Of a DNA stretch of 28,318 bases, positions 10,150 to 19,295 are shown piece after piece; positions within the stretch are counted from its first letter, which is position 1; each line of letters starts with the position of its first letter. The DNA lies in the IMG/VR virus record IMGVR_UViG_3300032305_002837, positions 1 through 28,318 of that record, one strand, 5' to 3'. The notes under the pieces were generated by a model. It was not told the origin of the DNA and did no database searches. It worked only from the letters and a program-made list of their open reading frames with translations. This DNA comes from a virus (taxonomy: Duplodnaviria; Caudoviricetes). The translations under genes were made by a program, and so were the position numbers.

Positions 10150-10177
10150 ATTGTAATAAGTTTGGAATTTATGTCAA
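10150..10177 (-). promoter_or_regulatory. sigma70-type promoter for the repeat-protein gene
   Basis: Minus strand TTGACA (10177-10172), 16-nt spacer, TACAAT (10155-10150), just after the terminase stop codon. Confidence 0.6.
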
Positions 10178-10185
10178 GTATTTTA

Positions 10186-11952
10186 TTACCAACCAAATTC
10201 TTTCAACATGCTGTGTTTAGGTCGATAAATGCTTATCAATTCTTTTTGTTCTAAGTCTTCATTTGGTCTAGAAAATTTCATTTTTATGTTATTTTTAATA
10301 TTTTCTCTTATTTCATTCTTAATATCGTCCAGTATGACAATTGATGATATTTTTTTATTGTCAAATCCTGCTGGTTGATGTTTATTTTGCATATTCATAA
10401 CATACAAACACATAGATAGTGCCATAATAGCATCGTCATGCTTACCTTTTTGTGCTTCTGGTCTTTTTGTCGTGTTATTATATTCAAAACAATTCATTTC
10501 TTGCAAAAGACGGAACGAATTAATTTTAATTGACTTTTGTAAAATTGCAGTTTGAAAGCTTGTGAGGATTAAAGGTCTGTTTGCAGAGGTAGTTTTGATG
10601 CCAATTCTGGCATTTTTTGAATCAGGGTTATTGTAATGAAAATTATCATAATATAATTCATTTTGAAGTGTATTTATCACAGAAAGTCCAGCAGACATTT
10701 CTTCTATGATAAGTAATGCGTTGTTGTAAAGGATAGCAAGTTCATATATTACTTGAGCAAATTCATAAGGTGTTATATTATTGGAATAAAACTCAGAAAC
10801 TTGTTCTTTTGCTTCAATATCAAACACTTGAATGCAAGAATTATCTGCACCTACACCTTCAGAACAGTCTATGCCGAAATAATATTCTTTATTAGCTATT
10901 GGTTCCTTCCAAATCCATAATGCTCCTTTGTTTTCGTCATTCATTTCAGGATCATCATTTTTATTTCTATTCTGATATTTTGAAAATAATTTTCTTTTAG
11001 GATAATTGTTCTTGACTTCTTCATCTAAACGGGCAAGTTCTCTACCGGGGATGTATGTGTCGCCTGATCCAAGGAAAACTCTTAAAATTTCTTGTAAAAA
11101 CCCTTTTTCTCCTAACTGAGCCTTTTGTTCTTCAGCCCATTCTGGATTATTTTTAGAATTATAGAAAGGATGTTCATCATAGTCTATATCAATAACGTGA
11201 AATTTGTTTCTTTTTTCTTTAGCCGCCATGTAAAGTTCGTAATAATAGTTACCAGTACCGTTTACTGTAGAAATAATTGAACATTTACCACCAGTTGACA
11301 GCACTGGGTACATAGCTCTCCAGTGTTTATCCATATCATCAATAAATGCTGCTTCATCGAGGCAAATAAAGGCAACTGACTTTCCACGGGCAGCTTCAGG
11401 AGAATAAAATCTAAGGCTTCCTCCAGTTTCTGTGACTTGTTTAAGGTGGTCATTCCATTTACCATCTTTCTTTGGTCTCAACCAATCTGGCAAATTTTCT
11501 ACAGCTCTATCTACGATGTATCCTGCTTCAACAGCTTCACGGTCAGACTTTGATATAAGCATCATTGAGAAGTCAAGCGTAAACAAAACTTTGTACAATC
11601 CATAAAGAAGCGTTACAGTTGTTAATCCACCCTGTCGAAATTTAGAAATAATATTAAATCTATTATCTTCGTAGTCCTTGATTACTCTACTTTGATATTT
11701 AAAGATTACAAAAGGCACTAAACCTTTTGTTGGATGTAAAATTTTAATAAATTTATGGCAGAAGTAAGAAAACGACTTTATACACTTGTATGTTTCTTCT
11801 TCTTGTTGTTGCTGTGTATATAAATTTAAGTCGTCAAGTGTTTCATCTGGATTTATTTCAATTTGGAATTGATCTAATTGATAAAAATCTTCGTCATACT
11901 CGGCAATATAATATTGTTTTAGCGACTTGTACTTTTTGTTCCTGATAATCAT
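10186..11952 (-). CDS. terL: Terminase large subunit, T4 gp17-like
   Basis: ILHPTKGLVPF..FKYQ adenine-binding region, deviant Walker A KFRQGGLTT, Walker B FICLDEAAFI, coupling motif IISTVNG, RNase H-fold GIDCSEG, IIEE and HDDAIMAL. Confidence 0.93.
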   Translation of the reverse strand: MIIRNKKYKSLKQYYIAEYDEDFYQLDQFQIEINPDETLDDLNLYTQQQQEEETYKCIKSFSYFCHKFIKILHPTKGLVPFVIFKYQSRVIKDYEDNRFNIISKFRQGGLTTVTLLYGLYKVLFTLDFSMMLISKSDREAVEAGYIVDRAVENLPDWLRPKKDGKWNDHLKQVTETGGSLRFYSPEAARGKSVAFICLDEAAFIDDMDKHWRAMYPVLSTGGKCSIISTVNGTGNYYYELYMAAKEKRNKFHVIDIDYDEHPFYNSKNNPEWAEEQKAQLGEKGFLQEILRVFLGSGDTYIPGRELARLDEEVKNNYPKRKLFSKYQNRNKNDDPEMNDENKGALWIWKEPIANKEYYFGIDCSEGVGADNSCIQVFDIEAKEQVSEFYSNNITPYEFAQVIYELAILYNNALLIIEEMSAGLSVINTLQNELYYDNFHYNNPDSKNARIGIKTTSANRPLILTSFQTAILQKSIKINSFRLLQEMNCFEYNNTTKRPEAQKGKHDDAIMALSMCLYVMNMQNKHQPAGFDNKKISSIVILDDIKNEIRENIKNNIKMKFSRPNEDLEQKELISIYRPKHSMLKEFGW

Positions 11953-12013
11953 TAATAATTATTTAGTATTTTTTTTCAGAAAATAAGCTATATTTATTGC
12001 GGAGGGATTGAAA

Positions 12014-12460
12014 ATGGCAAAACTTAGTGATGAATTCATGCGTTTATTGTATTTGGATTTACGCAATGAGCGTAAACACATGTTGTTTTATCTTACCAAC
12101 TCAGGTTCAATCAAAGGAATTGATGCAATAGAATATATTGAAATGTTTGAAGATGAAGCGAAAGAAGAAATGAATCATGTTAAAGAATTCCAAAACATGA
12201 TTGTTGGAATTGGTGGTGATCTTAATTGTGCAGAAGCTCATGGTCACGAAAAGTTTGAAATTTTTACATCTCCTAACGAATCTTTAAAATACGCTTTAAC
12301 AATGGAAGAAGAAGTCGTAGATAACTATGTAAATAGAATTGAGTCTCTTGATAATCTGCATGACAGGGTCATAAAAAAGTGGTTAGAAGTTTTTTATGAG
12401 AAACAAATAGAAAAAAGTCAAGCTGATGTAGATAAATACAAGAGGCTTCTAAATTATTAA
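12014..12460 (+). CDS. Ferritin-like (bacterioferritin-type four-helix bundle) protein
   Basis: DLRNE, DEAKEEMNH...IVGIGG, ALTMEEEVVDNY; GGAGG at 12001-12005 favours ATG at 12014 over TTG at 12008. Confidence 0.75.
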   Translation: MAKLSDEFMRLLYLDLRNERKHMLFYLTNSGSIKGIDAIEYIEMFEDEAKEEMNHVKEFQNMIVGIGGDLNCAEAHGHEKFEIFTSPNESLKYALTMEEEVVDNYVNRIESLDNLHDRVIKKWLEVFYEKQIEKSQADVDKYKRLLNY

Positions 12461-12469
12461 GGTAAACCT

Positions 12470-13294
12470 ATGCCATTTTTCATGAATGTTTTTGATTTTG
12501 AATTTCGTGGTAGTTTGCTATCAGCAGATAGGCAGTACCAACAAACATTTAAAGTTAAAGCTAATGCCAATAGATCAGATTATATTCTCAGCGGAAACAC
12601 TGAGCCATATGATTTTTCAAGTGAAACTAATTTGACAATATCTTTTTGCTATGATGCAGGACAGGTTAACTATGCAAGTGTTACTGTTGATGTATCTGGG
12701 TCTAGTGCTTCTGAAACAACAGCTTTAGAAGTTGTAACCAAGCTGAATGCAAATAATATGTTCTCCACATTCTTTGTGGCATCAGTTTTCAAAACTAATA
12801 ATATTGGTGTAACTGAAAATAAAGTTCTTATTAAGTCAAAGAAGCCAAAGTCTAATTTTAAAGCATATGTTGTAAATTCAAGTGCAGAAGGATTTATTCA
12901 GTTTAACAAAAATGCACCTATTGTAGAATTGCCAACTTATTTCACAAGATACGATATTTCTCAAAGATTTAACTTTCCTGATCTAGGGTCAGAAAGAGTT
13001 ATTTTACTAGATACAAGTAATTCAATTGAAGCTGATTACATAGATGCTGCTGGATTTGACCATTCTGCTCCAAGTGCAGATTGGCAGCTTCTTAAGGGTT
13101 GTAATGACCAGTACATGTTCACAAAGAAGGTCTACACCAGCGGCTTGATTGTTGCTGAGATAAAATATCCTGCTGGTGCTTCTGAAGGTGATGCTGCACT
13201 AAAGACTACTTATGAATATGATGGATCTGATTTGGTTGGTGTTTGTCAAATTCCATATATAATTTCAAGTGGTGACTTAATTTCACCAGTTTAA
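12470..13294 (+). CDS. Hypothetical protein, possibly virion structural
   Basis: 274-aa ORF with AAGGT SD; rich in Ser/Thr/Ala/Gly beta-strand patterns (TTALEVVTKLNAN, KTTYEYDG); no enzyme motif recognised. Confidence 0.55.
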   Translation: MPFFMNVFDFEFRGSLLSADRQYQQTFKVKANANRSDYILSGNTEPYDFSSETNLTISFCYDAGQVNYASVTVDVSGSSASETTALEVVTKLNANNMFSTFFVASVFKTNNIGVTENKVLIKSKKPKSNFKAYVVNSSAEGFIQFNKNAPIVELPTYFTRYDISQRFNFPDLGSERVILLDTSNSIEADYIDAAGFDHSAPSADWQLLKGCNDQYMFTKKVYTSGLIVAEIKYPAGASEGDAALKTTYEYDGSDLVGVCQIPYIISSGDLISPV

Positions 13295-13302
13295 GGCATT
13301 TT

Positions 13303-13818
13303 TTATAGTAGTCCCCATTTTTCTTTCAATCTTTCAACCTCTTTGTCTTCTTCTTTTTGCATTTCAGAAGACATTTTTTTCTTGTTATTTTCCTGTTGTC
13401 TTTCTATTTTTTTAATTGCTTTGGTATAAAGTGATTCAATATTCTTTTCCCATTCGTTTAATGGGTTATAAGCAAGCAATTCTCCATCTATTTCTTGGTA
13501 AACGACTCTATTTTGCCAAAAAACCTTCAAACTATTGTCGTATTCCTTTTGAACTATTTCTAATGGAATTCCCATTCTCAAGCCATCAAAACTATAACCT
13601 ATAATGGTGCTAGTATGATTTATGTCAAACTCAGGGACTTCTTTTTCTTCAATATCTTCATACATGCTTCTTATGGAATTGCCAGAAAAGCTATCTTGAA
13701 TTATTTCTGAACCGAAAACTTTAGAAATTATTGATATTTTGCCTGTATTTCCGAAGAAATCCTTTTGAACTGCTTCCGCCATTCTGAGTTCAACAATTTT
13801 TTCTTCAATGTTTTGCAT
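13303..13818 (-). CDS. Hypothetical protein
   Basis: 171-aa ORF filling the gap between neighbours; charged helical C-terminus. Confidence 0.6.
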   Translation of the reverse strand: MQNIEEKIVELRMAEAVQKDFFGNTGKISIISKVFGSEIIQDSFSGNSIRSMYEDIEEKEVPEFDINHTSTIIGYSFDGLRMGIPLEIVQKEYDNSLKVFWQNRVVYQEIDGELLAYNPLNEWEKNIESLYTKAIKKIERQQENNKKKMSSEMQKEEDKEVERLKEKWGLL

Positions 13819-13824
13819 GACAAT

Positions 13825-13832
13825 TATAAATA
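13825..13832 (+). promoter_or_regulatory. T4-type late promoter TATAAATA
   Basis: Exact TATAAATA 30 nt upstream of the peptidase ATG, followed by SD AAGGAGGA. Confidence 0.6.
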
Positions 13833-13862
13833 AGTAATAGGCGCAAATATTTAAGGAGGAAC

Positions 13863-15410
13863 ATGGCTAGCAAAAAGAAAAATATGGTTAATCCAAAGTC
13901 ATCAGTTGCGGCAAAACAAAATATTAAATACTATCTAAACGACCCAACAACTCCAACTTTGATGGAAACGGTTAGTTTCACACCATCAACTTTGTTCAGT
14001 ACTGTCGGATATACTGGACCTAATGAAAACTTTTCAAGCTTAAATGGTTTAGCATCAAATGCTTTAGGAACTTTGATGTTTGCAATGAATAATTTTTATA
14101 ACAGTTATTCTCTTAACAAAATAAACGCATGGTCAAAGACAAAAACACTAATAATTAAGCCAAATGCTGGTCAAATGCCAAATGCTTATTATGACAGAGC
14201 AGGTTTAAGTTTCTTTTGGTTTAATGGTAGAGATGGTAAAAAGATTTATACAGCTTTATCAGCAGATGTTATAACACATGAATTGGGTCATGCTGTTCTT
14301 GATTATTTAAGACCAGATTTTTGGTCAGTTGGGTCTATGGAAATTTGGGCATTCCATGAGGCATTTGGTGATGTGTTTGCATTTTTAGCTTCTTTGCATC
14401 ATGATGCAATAATTGACTTCATGATCAAAGAAACAAAAGGAGACCTATTTGAAAGCAGCATAGTTTCTAAGTTGGCTGAACAGTTTGGTACTGGAATTGG
14501 CATGAATGGATATCTAAGAAATGTTGACAATGATATTAATTACGTTAATCCCAGCACTTTGGCGAGTGTAAGCACAAATAGAGAAGCTTTGACAAAAGAA
14601 CCTCATAATTTTTCAAGAGTTATGAGTGGTGCTTTGTATAGAATTTTTGCTGAAATTTACACTTCAAAGGGTAAAAATGTTGCAGCTGTTAAATTAGCTC
14701 GTGATTTTGTTCGTGACACTTTGTTCCGTTGTATCAAATTTGTACCATCAGTTCCAAATTTTTACACTGCATTTGCTAAAGTTTTCTGTGATTTTGGCAA
14801 AAAAATTAATCCGCAACTTGCAGAAATTGCTAAAAGTGTTTTTGTAGCAAAAAATATGATGCCTATATCTTCTGTAAAGATGGATATTCATGAAAACAAA
14901 GAAAAAATTAAGCTAAGAGAGGAAAAGGAGGAAATGTTTACAATGATGAAGTTTGAATATCAAGCTAATCTTAGTGACATTCTTCATGTTGAGGATGAAA
15001 AATATAAAAACCTTAAAATTAGATTGCCTGTTGATGATTTAACATACGATGCTGGCAATGGTGTGATGGGCATGATTGATTCTGACATTAATGAATCGAT
15101 CAAATGTGGTCAGCAAGCAGCAAAATACATTATTTACAACAATCTGCTTGATACAACTTGGAGAATTGATGAAAATGGGTTGTTAAGAAGGACAATGATT
15201 AGCTGTGATGGTTTTATTGATAACTGTACCCTCCCTAACTCACCAGAATATGGTAAGTGCTGGAAATACAGGGTTAGCGGATGTGGCTGTGGTGGACCTT
15301 ATGGATGCCCAGAAATTGAAGAAAAAGTTGCACCAGTGGTAAAAAATAATTGTTCTTCAAACTATGTTATCAAGTGTGCTAACACAAGAGTTAGTGCATG
15401 TGCTAACTAG
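13863..15410 (+). CDS. Thermolysin/fungalysin-like (M4/M36) zinc metallopeptidase with a Cys-rich C-terminal tail
   Basis: PNAYY, DVITHELGH (HExxH), third ligand in FHEAFGD, EPHNFS catalytic His region; 9 Cys in the last ~68 aa. Confidence 0.82.
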   Translation: MASKKKNMVNPKSSVAAKQNIKYYLNDPTTPTLMETVSFTPSTLFSTVGYTGPNENFSSLNGLASNALGTLMFAMNNFYNSYSLNKINAWSKTKTLIIKPNAGQMPNAYYDRAGLSFFWFNGRDGKKIYTALSADVITHELGHAVLDYLRPDFWSVGSMEIWAFHEAFGDVFAFLASLHHDAIIDFMIKETKGDLFESSIVSKLAEQFGTGIGMNGYLRNVDNDINYVNPSTLASVSTNREALTKEPHNFSRVMSGALYRIFAEIYTSKGKNVAAVKLARDFVRDTLFRCIKFVPSVPNFYTAFAKVFCDFGKKINPQLAEIAKSVFVAKNMMPISSVKMDIHENKEKIKLREEKEEMFTMMKFEYQANLSDILHVEDEKYKNLKIRLPVDDLTYDAGNGVMGMIDSDINESIKCGQQAAKYIIYNNLLDTTWRIDENGLLRRTMISCDGFIDNCTLPNSPEYGKCWKYRVSGCGCGGPYGCPEIEEKVAPVVKNNCSSNYVIKCANTRVSACAN

Positions 15411-15421
15411 TTGAGGTAATT

Positions 15422-15613
15422 ATGAGTAGCTATGATTTTGAAGAGTATTTAGATAAAATGTTTAGCGGCATCGTAGTCGATGGTGATGAAGACGACTACG
15501 ATGATAATTATGATGACAACTTTAATGATGACATCTTTGATGATGAAAATTATCCAGAAGAAGAAGATTATGAAAGCGAAGATTACGACGAAGAAGATGA
15601 TGAAGAAGATTAA
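15422..15613 (+). CDS. Small, highly acidic protein
   Basis: SD GAGGT; about half of the 63 residues are Asp/Glu. Confidence 0.65.
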   Translation: MSSYDFEEYLDKMFSGIVVDGDEDDYDDNYDDNFNDDIFDDENYPEEEDYESEDYDEEDDEED

Positions 15614-15620
15614 AAACTAA

Positions 15621-15839
15621 TTATTTTTTTTTATTTTTAAATTTATTTTTCTTGACTGGAAGCATGGTGGGGTCAATATATTGTTTGACTGATCCAATTG
15701 GCTCCTCTCCGCTTCTATGTATTCCTTCGATTGGACCTTTGTAGACAGCAATTAATCCTGCTGTGGGTTGAAGCTGTGGTTCTAGCCAAGAATCCGTGGC
15801 TATTTCAGACAATTGCAAGAATTTTTTGAATGATGTCAT
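15621..15839 (-). CDS. Small protein with CTS-like N-terminus and basic tail; putative internal head protein
   Basis: MTSFKKFLQLSE...VKKNKFKNKKK; CATAAATA 5 nt before the ATG. Confidence 0.65.
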   Translation of the reverse strand: MTSFKKFLQLSEIATDSWLEPQLQPTAGLIAVYKGPIEGIHRSGEEPIGSVKQYIDPTMLPVKKNKFKNKKK

Positions 15840-15895
15840 TAATCTATTTATGATTTAATCTCAAAAATAAAATTTATTTGATAAATAGATTTATG
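15837..15895. promoter_or_regulatory. Divergent pair of late-promoter/start elements
   Basis: Minus strand CATAAATAGATTAATG (15852-15837) and plus strand GATAAATAGATTTATG (15880-15895), 14/16 identical. Confidence 0.65.
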
Positions 15896-16489
15896 CCAAT
15901 AGATCCAAATAACTTTACGCAACTGAATGTAGGCGAACAAGGTTCGATAATGGATGAAACAGCCGTTGACTACGGCGATGTTTCACCAATAGTAAATCCT
16001 TACCCATTAGCCTCTGGTTCTCCTGTTTTTCGACGCAGGTCAAGAATTGTTCTTGCTGGTCAAGGTCTTTATGAAATATGCAATGTTTCTAATGATAATT
16101 TAAACGGTAATGAATATGGCGTTGCAGTAAGACCAATCATAAGAGCTTATGCTAATCCCATCAATGAATTTGACAATGCCAATGGAATAGCACCAAATAC
16201 GCCTACAACTGTTGTTAGTTACGAGGTGCCTTCATCAAAAGTGTTCTCTTTCATGGGATGCAAAGTGAGTGGTGATGTAGGTGCCAAATTTACACTTTTT
16301 GTAGATGCTTCAGAAGTTTATACTTTAAGAACAACCAATGCCAATCTTGATGGAATAATTTATTTTAATACGCCAGTTTTTGAAGTTAATGCCGGAAGCG
16401 TTATATTAATTCAAGTGGTATACTACAATAATAATGCAACAACATGTGACTTTGAAGGAACCATAATAGGTTTTAATACTACAACATGA
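15893..16489 (+). CDS. Beta-rich hypothetical protein, probably virion structural
   Basis: Start reassigned to ATG 15893 (MPIDPNN...); TTVVSYEVPSSKVFSFMGCKVSG...VILIQV jelly-roll-like pattern. Confidence 0.6.
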   Translation: MPIDPNNFTQLNVGEQGSIMDETAVDYGDVSPIVNPYPLASGSPVFRRRSRIVLAGQGLYEICNVSNDNLNGNEYGVAVRPIIRAYANPINEFDNANGIAPNTPTTVVSYEVPSSKVFSFMGCKVSGDVGAKFTLFVDASEVYTLRTTNANLDGIIYFNTPVFEVNAGSVILIQVVYYNNNATTCDFEGTIIGFNTTT

Positions 16490-16998
16490 CAACAAAACAA
16501 TTCGCAAATTGGCTTTCGACCATTGAAGGCATAACAGTAATATCTATTGAAAAAGATAAAGTTTATTTTTTCATTACTAAAGAACAATTAGTTGTTAAAG
16601 TTACTAAAACAGCCAATGAATCTGACAATTTCCTATCACTTCATAGTGATGCTATAAAAATGATGTTTTGCCTTCATAATCATAAATTTGAAAAATTTAT
16701 TGAATTGTTTGAAGGTAAAAAGTTTGAAAGTTCTATTCCTGATTTGTCTTTGGTTACCGTAGAACAAATGATTGATGAATTGAAAAAAAGAAAAAACATT
16801 TCATTTGCATTCATAATGACAGAACATACAAGTGTTGACAATCTTTCTTTAGAAGCAAGCGGAAATCCCACGTTTATATGTGGATTATTAGCTAGAGCAA
16901 CAAATTTAGCTGCCAAGTATGCTGATAAAAACATTAATTATTATCAGACTGGTGAAGAAATACAGGATGAAGAAGAAGAAGACGATTCGCCTTATTAA
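16486..16998 (+). CDS. Hypothetical protein
   Basis: ATGA start/stop overlap with the upstream gene; acidic tail. Confidence 0.65.
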   Translation: MTTKQFANWLSTIEGITVISIEKDKVYFFITKEQLVVKVTKTANESDNFLSLHSDAIKMMFCLHNHKFEKFIELFEGKKFESSIPDLSLVTVEQMIDELKKRKNISFAFIMTEHTSVDNLSLEASGNPTFICGLLARATNLAAKYADKNINYYQTGEEIQDEEEEDDSPY

Positions 16999-17306
16999 GG
17001 AATAAACTCATCCAACTTGTCTTGAATGATCAGTTGTCTGACTTTTTCAATTGCAATTTCTTTTTCTTCTTCTGAAAGATTTGAATCATTCAATTTTGGA
17101 TAAACGTGGTTTTTGAGAAACTTTTTATACAAAAATCCTTTTTTACGAGCTGATTTTTTTATTAGTCCTTTTGCTGTATTGCAATTTTTGTAAAGAAAGA
17201 TAAAAATTTCTACAACTGTAAGGACAACTGTTAATATTACAACAGAAAACTTTTCATCGTTTTCAAATTCAGATTGAATAGTTTGTTTTAATTTGATTTC
17301 GTTCAT
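16995..17306 (-). CDS. Small protein with one predicted transmembrane helix
   Basis: FSVVILTVVLTVVEIFIFLY followed by a basic segment. Confidence 0.6.
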   Translation of the reverse strand: MNEIKLKQTIQSEFENDEKFSVVILTVVLTVVEIFIFLYKNCNTAKGLIKKSARKKGFLYKKFLKNHVYPKLNDSNLSEEEKEIAIEKVRQLIIQDKLDEFIP

Positions 17307-17333
17307 ATCTTATATTAGTTACTAATTTAGAAT

Positions 17334-18539
17334 ATGTTTACACAAAACTTATTCACGTTGGTTTTAACTTTTGGAACGGCGCTTGTAAGTATTTGGGCGC
17401 TTTTCAAATATGTCATAATGATGGAGATGCGTCTTGAACCTGCAATATTCAAACACATATACAGTTCTCTTGATGTTGCTACTTGTAAAATAATATTTTC
17501 AGAAGAAATAAAAATTGAAAATAGGTCAGCTTTAGAATTTTCAGCAATTATCAAATACAAAGAATCGCCTTTTTTCTGGGTTAACCATGGAGAAAGGTTA
17601 TTAAATGCAGGATGGCAAGGTAAGGATCAAACAACAAGAATAACTTTCATGCGATGGCAATATGGTGAAGTAAGAAAATTTTTAAGAGATCTTTGTGATT
17701 ATACAATCAACCACAGAACAGAAATGCCTGTTTATGTGTTAACTCCGCACTATGTTGATAATATTGGTAAGATTAAGAGTAAATCAATTGTTCCGATTCA
17801 ACCTAAAGAAATATGGAAAGACATTGAAGAGCAAATTGAGCTTTGTCTGAGTGAAGATGATAAAAAATTAGGTCTTATCCTTCATGGTAAACCGGGCAAT
17901 GGAAAAACAAGCTTTATAAAATATGTTTCAGAAAAATACAAATTACCAACATATTATGTGACATTTTCGCCTGAATATGACAACATTCATTTAATGATAA
18001 TGTTTTCTCAAATTCCAGCCAGATCCCTTGTTATATTAGAAGATTTTGATTCATATTTCAACAAAAGAACATGTGTAATGCAAAATTCTTCAATTGGAAT
18101 CAATGCCCCAAAATTTACCTTTGACACAATTCTTAATTCACTTGATGGTGTTTACACTTCGTTTGATAAAACTATTTTTATATTAACAGCAAATGATATT
18201 GAAAAAGTTGACGAGTCTCTTAAGCACAGACCATCAAGATTTAAGATAGTCAGAGAATTCCCTGATCCTAATGCAGAAATAATTAATAGGTTCATACCTG
18301 AGCCTTGGAACAAACATGTTAAAGATGTTAATTTTGATCAATTGATTAGATTAGCAGAATTTAAGAATCAAGGATACAGTTTAAGCAAGAGCTTAAGCAT
18401 GCTGTCTTTGTCATTGCCGCAAGAAGTTTTTGATATTGCAAGAAAAATATATGAAGATCGCCTTCTAAATAACATTGAAGGCAATGCTGATGATGATTTC
18501 TTAAAAGCTTGTCAACAATTTGATGAAATGAATAAATAA
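17334..18539 (+). CDS. Membrane-anchored BCS1-like AAA+ ATPase
   Basis: N-terminal hydrophobic helix; Walker A GLILHGKPGNGKT, Walker B LVILEDFD, TILNSLDG, FILTAND, HRPSRF. Confidence 0.85.
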   Translation: MFTQNLFTLVLTFGTALVSIWALFKYVIMMEMRLEPAIFKHIYSSLDVATCKIIFSEEIKIENRSALEFSAIIKYKESPFFWVNHGERLLNAGWQGKDQTTRITFMRWQYGEVRKFLRDLCDYTINHRTEMPVYVLTPHYVDNIGKIKSKSIVPIQPKEIWKDIEEQIELCLSEDDKKLGLILHGKPGNGKTSFIKYVSEKYKLPTYYVTFSPEYDNIHLMIMFSQIPARSLVILEDFDSYFNKRTCVMQNSSIGINAPKFTFDTILNSLDGVYTSFDKTIFILTANDIEKVDESLKHRPSRFKIVREFPDPNAEIINRFIPEPWNKHVKDVNFDQLIRLAEFKNQGYSLSKSLSMLSLSLPQEVFDIARKIYEDRLLNNIEGNADDDFLKACQQFDEMNK

Positions 18540-18542
18540 ATT

Positions 18543-19295
18543 ATGAAAATCAGTGAAGTTAAAATATTTTTAGAAGATTACCACATGGCTTTAATTTCTT
18601 CATCAAATGATGAACAATGGCTAGCTAACGCAACTAATTATCCAGAAATTTTTCAATCATATTTTGAAACAAAAAACAACATTGACATTGTCAGCGACAG
18701 CAAATTAATAGAAAATATTATTTCATACAAAAATAAAAATAAATTAAATTATATTCCTGAAAATGTAATTAATTTTGAAGATTGTAAAAAAGAATTTATC
18801 AAAAACAATATAAGCGAAACATATCAGAAAACATCTTATTATGCAAACATGATATTGAATCTTATAAAAGAATTTAGCATGAATACTAGAAAGTTTGGAT
18901 CTTATAAAATTTGTCCTTTGCCAGAAAATGAGGATGATACTTATCTTCCAATTAAAAAATTCAAAATGGTTTGTGATGGCAATGATTGCAAGGCTACAAT
19001 CGTAAGAGGTGGTTTAAGGATTGAGGGTGATGATGATATGTCTGATTATTTTAATAAAAGAATAATGAGTAAATTTATGAAAACTGGTTATACAGATGAA
19101 ATTCCAAATGAAAAAGAAAATCGTAGAAGATTAATTTTCTTAAAAGCAATTCCTCTTGAAAATATTAAAAGTTTATCAAAAACAACTGGTAAGTATAAGT
19201 TGAAATTTTTAGGTAATCAAACTGTAAGCGATAATGACAATGAATTTTCCATTACAGATGAACCAATATCTGTTAGTTACATAGGTAAACCATGA
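18543..19295 (+). CDS. Hypothetical protein
   Basis: 250-aa ORF starting 3 nt after the ATPase stop; AATAAATA just upstream. Confidence 0.6.
   Translation: MKISEVKIFLEDYHMALISSSNDEQWLANATNYPEIFQSYFETKNNIDIVSDSKLIENIISYKNKNKLNYIPENVINFEDCKKEFIKNNISETYQKTSYYANMILNLIKEFSMNTRKFGSYKICPLPENEDDTYLPIKKFKMVCDGNDCKATIVRGGLRIEGDDDMSDYFNKRIMSKFMKTGYTDEIPNEKENRRRLIFLKAIPLENIKSLSKTTGKYKLKFLGNQTVSDNDNEFSITDEPISVSYIGKP

Noticed and set aside
11899-11952. Terminase N-terminus KSLKQYYIAE resembles the T4 capsid-targeting sequence
   Set aside because: It is not at the extreme N-terminus and terminase is not normally encapsidated; probably chance.
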